Translations under genes and position numbers: made by a program
Assembly (NCBI GenBank): GCA_964016885.1
Contig: OZ024760.1
Coordinates: 17,236,001-17,300,000, forward strand
Length of the DNA: 64,000 bases
Source: Eledone cirrhosa
Taxonomy: Eukaryota
Direction of reading: 5' to 3'
Shown: one piece after another, positions 36,748 through 49,436 of the stretch
Layout of the letters: each line of letters starts with the position of its first letter
Position numbering within the stretch: position 1 is the stretch's first letter
The notes under the pieces: model-generated
Database searches by the model: none
The model's input: only the letters and a program-made list of their open reading frames with translations
What the model was told of the DNA's origin: nothing

Positions 36748-37344
36748 GTTTGAATATGTATAATAAAGCCAAAATAATGCAGGTATGGACATAGAAAAAA
36801 GAATGCAATTGCAAAAGATATTGTTGACAAATCGTCTTATACCTTAGATTTATTTAAATGTCCTTAATTTTCGAGATAATATCTCTTCTTCAGAGGGAAA
36901 TAAAGGTCTCAAACCAGCCTTCTAAATATCTTGCCAAGCCATGCAGCATGGCTTGGCAAGATATTTAGAAGGCAACTAGCTGATACATATCGAAAGTTAA
37001 CTAACATAGACTAGCGTCCTATCCCAAGGAAGACTTGTCCTCTCACCTGCTTAACGTTAATCGGAGTTAAATACCTTTTTCATTGGACCTCTCTGATTCA
37101 TTTTATTGTATATCGCGTTGGTGTGAACACTAGCCGTTGTTACTAATAGGTTTCTAACGAGGTAATTACTGGTTTAAGACATTTAATGTGGTGAGATACA
37201 TCTTCATCATAAAGGTACGTGCCCTAGTTATTAGGGCATTCAGGGTTCCATTCTCAGTTCAAGTGACATGTTGGGTCGTTGAGTAAGCCACTTCATTTTA
37301 CATTGCTTCAGTTCACTCAGCCGAAAGTGAGTACCTCCTCCTCC

Positions 37345-38030
37345 TCCTCCTTCCAGAGAGCCCTTTCAGAAGCAACCCTCTCCAACAGATCCAGCTGGAT
37401 CCATAAGTAAGACCAACTGAATTTATGGATGTTATCCAACTATCATGCTTGTGGTCTACCTCTGGGTTTCTTGTCTGTTGACTTTGCCCATAAAATCTGT
37501 CCAGTTATTCTTTCCTTAGACATTATAAACACATGTCTATAGTACTGGAGTTGTGATCTCTTGATTCAGAGAAGTAGCAGCTCTGATCCCTGGTCTGTGC
37601 ACCCTATTGAATAATATTACTCCAAAGACCCTTTAGAGATTCTCTATTCTGGCCTTTTGTACTTGAGATTGTATTTTTGGTCATTACCCATGCACTGCTC
37701 AGGCTTTCTTGAGAGAGTGAGTGTCTCAGTCTTCACAGCACTGTTGTGTAGTAATCAACAGCAAGCCTATCAAGTCCATGTTGGAGATCATCTTCCGACA
37801 AGTTTAGTAACACCATGTCATCTGCAACTATCAGCTGACTGATCTTACACTTGCCAGTCTTGATACCACTTCCAACATGGCTGTGCAAATCAATTCTGTT
37901 CATGACGATTATGAATGGGCAATGTGGCAGTACCCACTTGGCAGAGTTCAACACTTACATTGAATGGTTTCAACTTAGCACCATTTAGCCAAACATAAAT
38001 ACTGAGGCATTCATATTGGGGCTTCAGTCA
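37345..38030 (-). mobile_element. RTE-clade LINE reverse transcriptase and 3' end fragment
   Basis: FIIVMNRID...ISQLIVADDMVLLNLSEDDLQHGLDRL (degenerate FADD motif) followed by RTE-type 3' region. Confidence 0.8.
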
Positions 38031-38039
38031 GTAAGAAGC

Positions 38040-38630
38040 ATGTTGGCACTGATTACCTGACAGGGAAAGGAATGATTGAAAGTAACAGTGACCCTGATCT
38101 AAATGTGAACAGAGAGGCCTTATTAGACTTCTGTTCTAGTTATGGGGTCTCTATTATGAACACCTTTTTTCAGCACAAAGATTTTCATAAGTATAAATGG
38201 TATAAGGGAAATCAGGGTCAGAGGACAGTAATTGCTTTTTTTTTTATTGGTTCTAATCTCTTTGATTCTGTGCTGGATCTTTGTATTAAGAGAGGAGTTG
38301 AGCTGTCAACTGATCTCCATCTAGTTATCTGCAAACTGAGATCTAAAGTGAAGAAAACCTACAGAAGTGTCAGCTCCAGCTTGACATATAGGATAAAGTG
38401 AGAAGCTCTGGCTGATGAAGATGTCAGGACTAAGTATGTGGATACTATTGCGTCCAAATTCAGAGAACTTCCTCCACAAACTGAAGACATTTTGAAACAT
38501 AGTATTAAATGGTGCGGGTGAGAGTTACACAGTATGATGGTAGATAGCAGGAAAACTCCCTTCCTTGTTCAACCCAGGAGATAAATATGCCATCTGAGCA
38601 AAGAACGAGGCTTACAAAGCTTGATTTGGA
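38040..38630 (+). mobile_element. RTE-clade LINE AP-endonuclease fragment
   Basis: DLNVNREALLDFCSSYGVSIMNTFFQHKDFHKYKWY...RGVELSTDLHLV (degenerate TDH motif). Confidence 0.85.
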
Positions 38631-40225
38631 AATAACTCACGGTGTCCAAAACATGACATGGTTGTGAACCCATAATCTGAAAGACATGACCTGGGCCAAA
38701 ACTGCCTGAAACCTATCAAAGTTATATGCAGTAAGGGAGGAGAGATTTATCTTGAAACTCGAGCTGAGTATTGCCTCTGAAGTAACAATTTAGGGTTGAA
38801 GGAGGTTGTTATTTTCTTCAAGGTAACCACTATTGACAACAGGAGAGAGGATATTGCAATCTCCTACAACCTATAACAAATAGTTTTGGGCAAACATTTA
38901 GCTTTAGGTCCATTGAGTTACCTCTTGGACATACCTAAATCACAGTTGTTTGGTGACTTTTTCAATGTTGGCCTTGGTCTACGTCAGAGGTTCTTTGGCC
39001 ACTCTCAGGGGGTGGGTAGTGCCCACATTGAGTACCCCTGCTTTAGGTCCATTAAATTATTTCTTGGACATACCTAAATCACAGCTTGGAGATTTTTTTT
39101 CAATATAGGCCTTGGTCTACGTGCTTGCTATGACTACTAAAAATATGTATATATTTATTTCAGAAGTTTAATCCCTGTTTGAATTGTCTATTGTTGTTGT
39201 TAAAACTTCCACCAGGATGTTAAAGGTCAAGGAATGGAATAAGTAAAGCCAGCCAAAAAAGAAAAAATATATATTTTTAAAAAAGCTGCCAATGACCTCA
39301 GTGCTTGGTGTCATTCATAAATGTGAAGGAAAGATGGGATAGGTTTGTTGTGAATATTGTCCAGATGTCAATCAACGAAGATGTATTATTACACTATTGC
39401 ACTCATCCATGTTAAGTGTTGTAGGGTGCAGTACGTGGCAGGTTAGGTCATGTCGTGTCGTGTCGTGTCATGTCATGTCATGTCCTCTGGTTGTTGTGGT
39501 GAAGGTGGTGGTGGTGGTGGTGTTGGCGATGCTGGAGGTGTTGGTGGTGGTGATAGTGGTGATGGTGTTGGCAATGATAGTGGTGGTGGTGGTGGTGGTG
39601 GTGATGATAATGGTGTTGGTGGTCGTGGTGGTGATGATAATGGTGCAGGTGGTGGTAGTGGCGATGATGGAGATCTTGGTGGTTGTGATGATTAAGGTAT
39701 TGTTGGTGGTGATGATGATGATGATGATGGAGGTATTGTTATTGGTGGTGGTGTTGGTGATGATGAAGCCGGTGGTGGTGGTGGTGGTATGGCATTAGTA
39801 CATGTATATATTTTTTGTTTGATTAGTGAAGACGAGAAGGGTAACTAAAGTAATGAAGGAGTCATCTTAGCCACAGTTGTACATGTCTGGCACCTTGAGC
39901 AAGTCTCTTCCATGCTGTAATTGATATATTTTCTCATTTTTCATTAACTCTACTTATTCCTTAGCCTTCCAAGCTCTTTTTTACCAAATTTTTCTCTCAT
40001 TTAACTATCATATAGTTGAACTACCTAACGGAAGCTCTTCTTCCTCAGTTTATTTCAATATAAAGATATATATACACACATATACATACATGCTAGGGAT
40101 TTCCTCACAATTTCCATCTACAAAACTCCCCTGACAAGACATTGGTCAGCCCAAGACTATGGTAGAAGACACTTGCCCAAGGTTCTAACTCAACATTATA
40201 TAATTAATGAACTTCTCTCTCTCAT

Positions 40226-40293
<68 letters not shown>

Positions 40294-40752
40294 AAGGATT
40301 CTAGACCCCAATGGCTGAGCTCCTGCCATTTCAACAGCTAGATCCGAAACTGGATTCAGTTTGGGTCTAGCTGTTGAAACAGCAGGAGCTCAGCCATTGG
40401 GGTCTAGAATCCTTCCTATTACCCACTCTACCACCTCAAGTATCGAGTACTCTGGTGAGTAATGATCTAACTGCTTTTTACTGCATCCATTCTGATTTAT
40501 ACATATATATATATGTATCATCATCCTTTTATGCCCGCTTTTCCCTGCTTGAAAGGGTGGCATGGGTCTTATTAAAGCACGTCATCTCCTCCGTGAGCTT
40601 CAGCAATCTGAGGTCTGCTCTCACCACCTCCGCCCATGTTTTTCGTGGTCTTCCTTCTACTGGGATTCCTTGGCACTTCTTTACCCAGCACATTTCATGT
40701 CCATACCAATGCAGTCTTCTCTCCCACACACTACAGCCTATCCCTCTTATAT

Positions 40753-40838
<86 letters not shown>

Positions 40839-40945
40839 AAGTAATTCCATCGGAATTTTTCCTTTCCTTCTCCCTTTTCCAGCCTCACTTTCATATAGAT
40901 TGCATTTTTGTTTTTAAAATCCATATTCAATAAACAAACCAGGAT

Positions 40946-41006
40946 TTTTCATTCTGAGGATTGAAAGCAAAACCTTTTGCTTTTAAGAAACCACTGGTAA
41001 ATGGAA
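40946..41006 (+). ncRNA. Complete type I hammerhead motif, family D, sense in CHERP intron 1
   Basis: UUUCAUU CUGAGGA UUGAAAGCAAAA cc UUUUGCUUUUAA GAAA CCA c UGG UA / AAUGGAA. A 5'-truncated relative on the - strand at ~57575-57654 has stem-preserving changes. Confidence 0.78.
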
Positions 41007-41060
41007 TAATTGCCTTATGTTGTTTATTACATAATAATAATATATATATATATATATATA

Positions 41061-41410
41061 TTCATTAGGTAAGCAAAACAAGGCCACAAATTTCATAAGG
41101 AAGACATTATTAAAAGATTGTCAGCATATTTTAGTTTGATGTAAGGAATGTAGAGAATAATAATAATAATATTAATAATAATAATGTCCGTTTCCAATTG
41201 TTTCGCTACTCCATATAATATTTCTGGATCAGATGACTATATATCATTATTGATCTGGTTCATATTATATGGAGTAGCGAAACAATTGTAAACGGACATT
41301 ATTATTATTATTATTCTTTATATTCCTTACATCAAACTAAAATATGCTGACAATCTTTTAATAATGTCTTCCTTATGAAATTTGTGGCCTTGTTTTGCTT
41401 AACTAATGAA
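41061..41410. mobile_element. ~150-bp-arm fold-back with hammerhead 3' half (family F)
   Basis: Arms 41061-41221 / 41262-41410; GC GAAA CAAUUG UA with palindromic ACAAUUGU at ~41277-41291; preceded by (TA)n. Confidence 0.65.
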
Positions 41411-41576
41411 TATTTCCAGCTCTGCGCGCCTAACTTCTGCATGAACCCAGCCACCTAGCTGCTTTCTACTGCATATTGCACATTGAGTACATGCCTTTAT
41501 GCTTTCGCTTCTAACTAATTCACCAATCTCTCCTCTCCTATTTCCATCTCTCTCTTTAAGATTGGTTAGTCTTGAA

Positions 41577-41607
<31 letters not shown>

Positions 41608-41875
41608 CAGTCCACGCTGTAATATGGTCGTGTAGGTAACACAGTAAAAAGCTCCCAGTCCACACTGTAAATGTGGTTGGTGTTAGGCAGGGCATCCAGC
41701 TGTAGAAAACCTGCCAGATAGTCCTATATGAGCGAGACACGGTCACCCGACCACCCTGCCTCAAATTGGGACAACTGTCGACTAACCCATGTTAGCGTGG
41801 AAGATAGACGTTAAACGATGATGATGATATAATTTATTTATCTATTTATTTTCTCTTTGTTTTTCGGGTGTTTAG

Positions 41876-42046
41876 ATCTTGAACAGAAGAATATCATTGA
41901 TAAACTGGCCAATTTTGTTGCTCGAAATGGCCCTGAATTTGAACAGATGACCAAACAGAAACAGAAGGACAATGCAAAGTTCAGTTTTCTGTTCGGAGGA
42001 GAATATTACCAATACTATCAGTTCAAAGTTAATGCTGAGCAAACAG
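41876..42046 (+). CDS. CHERP: CHERP coding exon 2, SURP/SWAP domain
   Basis: Polypyrimidine tract + tttag| acceptor; encodes (D)LEQKNIIDKLANFVARNGPEFEQMTKQKQKDNAKFSFLFGGEYYQYYQFKVNAEQT; ends ACA G|gtgag (171 nt, phase 1/1). The rest of ORF 41857-42486 is intronic repeat. Confidence 0.93.
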
Positions 42047-42305
42047 GTGAGAAAGTTGTTATTTTTCTACCTCTTTCTCTGAGCAATCAGGTGAGAGAGT
42101 TGTTATGTCTGTATCTACCTCTTTCTCTGAGCAATCAGGTGAGACAGTTGTTATGTCTGTATCTACCTCTTTCTCTGAGCAATCAGGTGAGACAGTTGTT
42201 ATGTCTGTATCTACCTCTTTCTCTGAGCAATCAGGTGAGAGAGTTGTTATGTCTGTATCTACCTCTTTCTCTGAGCAATCAGGTGAGACAGTTGTTATGT
42301 CTGTA
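42035..42305 (+). repeat. 48-bp tandem repeat made from the CHERP exon-2/intron-2 junction (5 extra CAG|GTGAG donors)
   Basis: Unit CTGAGCAATCAGGTGAGASAGTTGTTATGTCTGTATCTACCTCTTTCT; GT at 42047 (true), 42091, 42139, 42187, 42235, 42283. Confidence 0.92.
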
Positions 42306-42606
42306 TGTGTGTGTGTATATGTACCTGTGTATGTGTGTGTATGTACCTGTGTATGTGTGTGTGTGTGTGTGTGTATGTATCTGTATGTGTGTGGTGGGAT
42401 TATCTCTCACTCATCTTTATCACTTGGGTTATCTTATTGGGTTATATATTATATTTTATTGTGGGGTGAGAGGGAAGTTGAAGTAGCCTAGGGTTGTTGT
42501 TGTTGTTAGTGGTGTTGGTTGTAGGGATGGGTGTGTGTGTGGGGGGGGAGTTATATCATTTATGGTTTCTTTCTTTTTCCTTCTTCCTCCTCTTTATCAC
42601 ACCCAT

Positions 42607-42648
<42 letters not shown>

Positions 42649-42864
42649 AACATATATACACACACACATATATATATATGTGTATATATATATATATATA
42701 AATATATACACATATATATGTAAATATGTGTATGTGTATATATATATATATATACACATATATATATATATATATACACACATACACATATTTACATATA
42801 TATGTGTATATATTTATATATATATATATACATATGTATATAAGTATATAGATATAGATATATA

Positions 42865-42923
<59 letters not shown>

Positions 42924-43100
42924 ATATATATATATATATGTGTGTGTGTGTATATATATATATATATGTGTGTGTGTGTATATATATATATATATGTGTG
43001 TGTGTATATATATATATATATATGTGTGTGTATATATATATATGTGTGTGTATATATATATATATATGTGTGTGTATATATATATATGTGTGTATATATA

Positions 43101-43139
<39 letters not shown>

Positions 43140-43211
43140 ATATATATATATATATATAAAATATATGTATGTGTGTGTATATATATATATAGATAGATAT
43201 ATATGTGTGTG

Positions 43212-43245
<34 letters not shown>

Positions 43246-43735
43246 TATAAATCTGGAAGGGTGTAGTGGAGGTGAGGTGCAGTGGTGGAGTTGTTATTTC
43301 TCCACTTCACATGGTTATCATGTTTGTTATTTATGTTGGAAGTTGGAAATAGGTGAAGACAATGTTTTAACATTCAACAATTGACTCCTTACTATCTCTC
43401 TCTCTCCCTCCCTACTATCACTGTCCCTCTCTTCCTCCCTACTATCACTGTCCCTCTCTCCCTCCCTACTATCACTGTCCCTCTCTCTCCCTCCCTACTA
43501 TCACTGTCCCTCTCTCTCTCTTCCTCCCTACTATCACTGTCTCTCTCTCCCTCCCTACTATCACTGTCCCTCTCTCTCCCTCCCTACTATCACTGTCTCT
43601 CTCTCTCTCTCTTCTCCCTCCCTACTATCTCTCTCTCTCCCTCCCTACTATCACTGTCCCTCTCTCTCTCCCTCCCTACTATCACTGTCTCTCTCTCTCT
43701 TCCTCCCTACTATCTCTGTCTCTCCCTCCTCCCTA

Positions 43736-43781
<46 letters not shown>

Positions 43782-43982
43782 GCTTTCTCTCCTGCTCTCT
43801 CACTTCTACTCTCTCTCTCTCTTCTTTCTCTCTTTCATCTCTCTCTCTCTCTCTCTCTCACATACGTAGATGAATGTCTCAAGTGTTATTGAATAATGAT
43901 GGTTGTTTGCTCATAATAAGCATATACATACATGCACACATATATACATATATACATACATGCACACCCATATACATACATG

Positions 43983-44015
<33 letters not shown>

Positions 44016-45635
44016 CATCATCACCATCATTTAACATCTATCTTCCACGCTAGCATGGGTTAGACGTGAATTGTCCCATTTGAGGTACGATTGGTTGGGT
44101 GACTGTGTCTCGCTCATATAGGACTATCTGCCAGGTTTTCTACGGCTGGATGCCCTTCCTAACACCAACCACATTTACAGTGTGGACTGGGAGCCTTTTT
44201 ACCGTGTTACCTACACGGCCACATTACAGCGTGGACTGTGTTTGTTTATATATATATATATAGTAATAATGAGATAAATGTGAAGATTAAAATTCAAAGA
44301 GGGCTCGATAAGGATAATATATATATATATACATACATATATACATATACACACATATATATATATACATACATGCACATACACATACATGATGATGGTT
44401 GCAACTTGTTTTGGCCTGGATGTTGTGGTACCAGCATAAATTTACATTGAAAGGGGTGGTGTGGATGAGGTGGGGGCGTAGTGGGACATTATATATGTAT
44501 ATAATGTAAATGCAAAAAGGTTAAGCTACAGCGAGTTCAATGCTTTTTCTTGGACAGGACACCAGTCCATTATAAAGGGCAGTCCATCACAGGGCTGTCA
44601 AACACCCAACAAACTTCCTGTGTGATGCAACCTCACAGGAGGCTGGCTAAACATGTACAAGAGTGAGCTGTAATAAAAACAATAGTTATTGTAGTAGTTG
44701 TTGTTGTAGCCAGATTGTTTATCCTGCTTAGAGCTGTCAGCATTAAGACAGTTTTAACTAACTTTCCTGTCTTCAGAAGACACACACCTGTTCTCCCTCA
44801 GCCCCTCTCTTCCCCACCACCATAACTTAGAGGTGGTAGTGGTGGTGATATATATATATAACAATATTAATGAAGTTCGCTAGTATAAATACAGCATCCT
44901 TCGGCCAGTGTCTAACTCACTCAACAAATCTAGTAAATTGCAGTTATGCAGCTGCAATCACCTGTTCAGAGTGCACACAATTAGTTTTAGTTTAGAGCAT
45001 TGGCTGCGTTTTTAATTAGAGAATATATATAAGAAAAGGAATAAAAGCGACAGGAGGCTGGAAAGTTGAAATTCCTTCATGGGCTTCCTCTACTGTGTCT
45101 TCCTTCTACTGGGATTTCTTATATATATATATATATATATATATACAAATATTAATAAAGTGGGGAGACCCAAGATGACTTGGGATGAGGTGATAAAAGC
45201 CGACCTTACCCAACTACACCTCTCAAAGTCAATGACACACGACCGTGACTTCTGGCGTCACGCAGTAATACAGGGTACCCGACCTCCCATGGGTACATGC
45301 TGAAGCATATAAACAATATGCCCCCCCCCCTCCACCGCAAGGTGGCCGTGGACGTGCCACGGCAAAAAAGCACCCAGCCCACACTGTAAAGTGGACGTGT
45401 AGGCGCCACGAAAAAGCACCCAGCACTCACTGTAAATGAGGTTGGTGTTAGGAAGGGCATCCAGCTGTAGAAATCAAGCCAGATCAGTTCCTGTATGAGC
45501 AAGGCATGGTCAGCCGACCAGACACTGCCCACAACAGGACAACCCGTCTAACCCATGCTAGCGTGGAAGAACGGACGTAAAACGGTGATGATGATGATGA
45601 TGATGAATAAAATAGATGTTCTTTTGATCAATTAC

Positions 45636-45688
45636 ATTTTATTATACATATTTCGGATGTACAACAGTACGTCCTCATCAGACAAAAT
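45636..45688 (-). ncRNA. Type I hammerhead motif, family C (intact arm of ~134-bp fold-back)
   Basis: AUUUUGU CUGAUGA GGAcGUAC uguu GUACaUCC GAAA UAUGUA UA / AUAAAAU. Confidence 0.8.
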
Positions 45689-45796
45689 ATAATGATACAT
45701 GACATACCCTGAGATGTTAAATGGTTAAGATTTAATCAATCTACCTTGATTAAATCTTAACCATTTAACATCTCAGGGTATGTCATGTATCATTAT

Positions 45797-45849
45797 ATTT
45801 TGTCTGATGAGGACGTACTGTTGTACATCCAAAATATGTATAATAAAAT
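45797..45849 (+). ncRNA. Family C hammerhead, GAAA>AAAA core mutation
   Basis: Inverted copy of 45636-45688 with G>A at 45831. Confidence 0.7.
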
Positions 45850-45979
45850 GTAATTGATCAAAAGAACATCTATTTTATTAATATTTGTATTTTAATATAT
45901 ATATATATATACACACTCTATTTTGAATATTGAGTTCTTCCTCCTTTGTGGACTATGAAGGTTACTAGAACAGAACACA

Positions 45980-46035
<56 letters not shown>

Positions 46036-46722
46036 GGGACTATATATATTATGTATGTAGAAGCATGCACGTCAAGTGTATACATTAATGTTTATACATG
46101 ATTATGTGTACGTGTGCATACATAAATGATTTATGCATACATAGCTGTGTGAGTGTGTGTATATATAATGCTGAAACATTAATTCTTTCAAGAGAATGAG
46201 GAAGGGTGTACTCAATACATAGTGCGGAGTGTCTGATTTATTTCAGCTGAATTTTCTTTTTTGTTAATGAAACAGTGAGAAAGATAATTTAATATAATTA
46301 TATCATCATCATCAATTAATGTCTATCTTCCACGTTAGCATGGGTTAGATGGGTTTGTCCCATTTAGAGGCAAGTTGGGTCGGGTGACTGTCTCGTTTAT
46401 ATAGGAGAGTTTCTGGCTGGTTTTCTACGGCTGGATGCCCTTCCTAATGCCAACCACATTGACAGTGTGTGCTAAGTGCTTTTTGCCGTGTCTTTTATAC
46501 GTCCACTTTACAGTGTGGGCTGGATGTTATATACATATATACACACATGGTCTATATATAGCTACCTACCTAGGATGGGTAAAATTCACGAGATCCATGG
46601 GCGAGTTCTCTCCAACGGTCTCCATCCCTCATCATCACTGCTATTTCCTGCGACTCCAACAGACCTGTGTCTGTCCTCAGGGCATCAACATACACATATG
46701 ATATATATATATATATATTTAA

Positions 46723-46941
46723 CCCTTTAGCATTTACATTACTCTATATATACTATTGTATTTTCACAGTAAAGGCTTTATCTTATATAATTATCACACA
46801 ATATCGAATCTATGAGATTTTGATATTATTTATTTTCAGAACAATACTTTAACATCAGTATGAGTGGCTAGTTAGGGTTGGTGTGAACAGAAAGAGGTGA
46901 GAAAATTCTGGCTGGTTACGGCCGGCTTGAATGCTTAAGGG
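46723..46941. mobile_element. piggyBac-type MITE (same family; also 48336-48556 and truncated 56638-56790)
   Basis: TTAA TSDs, CCCTTTAGCATT TIRs, shared interior. Confidence 0.85.
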
Positions 46942-46955
46942 TTAATATAGAAATG

Positions 46956-47005
46956 GCTTCTACAGGACTAGAACTGTTTTATTCGAAGGAAATCATCAGG
47001 AAAGC
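46956..47005 (-). ncRNA. Family A hammerhead, GAAA>AAAA core mutation
   Basis: GCUUUC CUGAUGA uUUC cuuc GAAu aAAA CAG uucuaguc CUG UA / GAAGC. Further partial family A copies at ~8268-8310 (-) and ~14912-15017 (+). Confidence 0.65.
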
Positions 47006-47429
47006 TATGTATTGAGTACTTTACTTACTGTGGTTACCCCCGATTGAACCCTGGATACACACACACACACACATAAATATATATATATAGTTGCATATAC
47101 ACACATATACATACACATATATAGACATAGAAATATATATATATATATATAATATATATATATCATCATCATCATCGTTTAACGTCCATCTTCCACGCTT
47201 GCATGGGTTTGTATATATATATATATGTAGAAACCTTATCAAATTCAGCAATTTGAGATGTCATGTGAAGGTCAATGGCACTGTCCCTCTTCACCTGATT
47301 AAGTGTGGAAAACACATCTAAATAATAATAATAGCTCTTATCTTGCATTTACCTTTGTTCAGGTATTTTTGTTTTCTTTTCAATTTTTATCTTTTGTTTA
47401 TCTCCTCTTGCAATTTGCTGGCTACTCAA

Positions 47430-47970
47430 CATCACCATATTTCTGGGTACACATCACCATATTTCTGGGTACACATCACCATATTTCTGGGTGCACATCA
47501 CCATATTTCTGGGTACAGCATCACCATATTTCTGGGTACAGCATCACCATATTTCTGGGTACACATCACCATATTTCTGGGTACAGCATCACCATATTTC
47601 TGGGTATATATCACCATATTTCTGGGTACAGCATCACCATATTTCTGGGTACACATCACCATATTTCTGGGTACACCATCACCATATTTCTGGGTACAGC
47701 ATCACCATATTTCTGGGTACACATCACCATATTTCTGGGTACAGCATCACCATATTTCTGGGTACAGCATCACCATATTTCTGGGTACAGCATCACCATA
47801 TTTCTGGGTATATATCACCATATTTCTGGGTACAGCATCACCATATTTCTGGGTACAGCATCACCATATTTCTGGGTACAGCATCACCATATTTCTGGCT
47901 ACACATCACCATATTTCTGGGTACACACCACCATAGTACTGGGTACACAACATCACAATATTTCTGGGTA
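47430..47970. repeat. 22-23-bp minisatellite
   Basis: CATCACCATATTTCTGGGTACA(G). Confidence 0.95.
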
Positions 47971-48998
47971 CTTGTACCCCATAAGTTGTTACATACATGT
48001 ACTAAATGAGAAAAACTGAAAATTACAGGTCACATCTTTATAAGTTTAACTGGCCTTTTGGGTATATGAATGATAGAGTCCCTAGTCCTCTTATGTAGGT
48101 ATATATGTATATATGTATGAAGAAAACCCCCTTTGATGACGAATGACCATTGGGGTAGTAGAGTATGGTTATATTATAAAGAGTTGGGGCCTGACGGCTG
48201 AGCTCTGCCGTTTCAACAGCTAGTTCCAGACTCTCTTTCTCTATATATATATCTTGTTATTACACTTCACCCCTATCTAGGTTTAGCTGGTCTCCTACAT
48301 GGCTGTATCCCATAAGTTTCTCTTGTGTTTTTTAACCTTTTAGCATTGACATTGCTCTATATTTACTATTATATTTTCACGGTAAAGACTTAACCTCACA
48401 TAATTATCTCACATAATATTGAATCTATGAAATTTTGATGTTATTTATTTTGAGAACAATACCTTAACATCAGTATGAGCGGCCAGTTACAGTCGGTTTG
48501 AACAGAAAGAAGTAAGAGTATTCTGGCTGGATATGGCCAGTTTAAACTCTAAAGGGTTAATGGTATGTCCCCAGTCCTATCATGAAAAGCAATGTGAAAG
48601 AGGAATGCAATATGCTTCCTAGTCTAGGAATTAAACCCATGATCCTATGGTTGTCAGCCCAATGCCGTAACCAATGGGCCACACATGTGTATGTGTGTAT
48701 TGAAAGGACACCTGTGTTAGACCTGGGAATTAAATCAAGGTTAGCTGTCAACTTTGACACCAAAACACACCATTTCTATGCTATATATATACACTTTGTT
48801 GTACATTTTTAGCTGTTATCTACTAATGATATAAATAAGAGTCTATCTTGCTATTTATTCCAGCTTTCCTTCTTGTTTCTGTGTGACTAAGTAAGGAGGT
48901 GATGTTAGGGTTAACTGATTGGTGGTGCAGCTACCCTTATCTATAATGGGAGGGAGGTGGTAGGGTATTATATATATATATAATACCATACCACCAAG

Positions 48999-49187
48999 GG
49001 CGGTGAATTGGCAGTATCAGTAGAGGGTCGGACGCCATGCTTTCCAGCATAGTTACGTCCCTTTACGATCTGAGTTCAAATCCCACCGAGGTTGACTTTG
49101 CCTTTCATCCTTACGGGGTCGATAAAATAAAGTACCAGTAATGCACTGGGTTATTGCTGGCCTTGTGCCTATAGTAGAAACAATTAT
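48999..49187 (+). mobile_element. Octopus-type tRNA-derived SINE, full length; other copies 19601-19786(-), 23226-23378(+), 24700-24958(+), 32339-32525(+), 33150-33305(-), fragments at 13.7, 14.1, 18.3, 25.3, 29.2, 30.7 and 61.4 kb
   Basis: A-box-like TGGCAGTATC.GTAG, B-box GAGTTCAAATCC, body TTTGCCTTTCATCC..CGGGGTCGATAAAATAAAGTACCAG, tail GGCCTTGTGCC.AAAGTAGAAAC. Confidence 0.85.
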
Positions 49188-49436
49188 ATATATATATATA
49201 TACACATACATATCAAAGGTTAGAAACTCAAAATAGTCTCTTACAATTATATAGCTCAAGGAAAAAGAGTTTTCCAAGCCGTGTAATATAATTGAATATA
49301 AAAGAGAGATAAACACAGATATATACATATATGTGTTCAAATTGTAAGGGACCAGATTCGCTAGGGTGAAAAAAGTACTAACTATGAACAATAGGGTTTG
49401 CCAGACTCAAGAATAAATCAAGAAAAGAAATACAAA

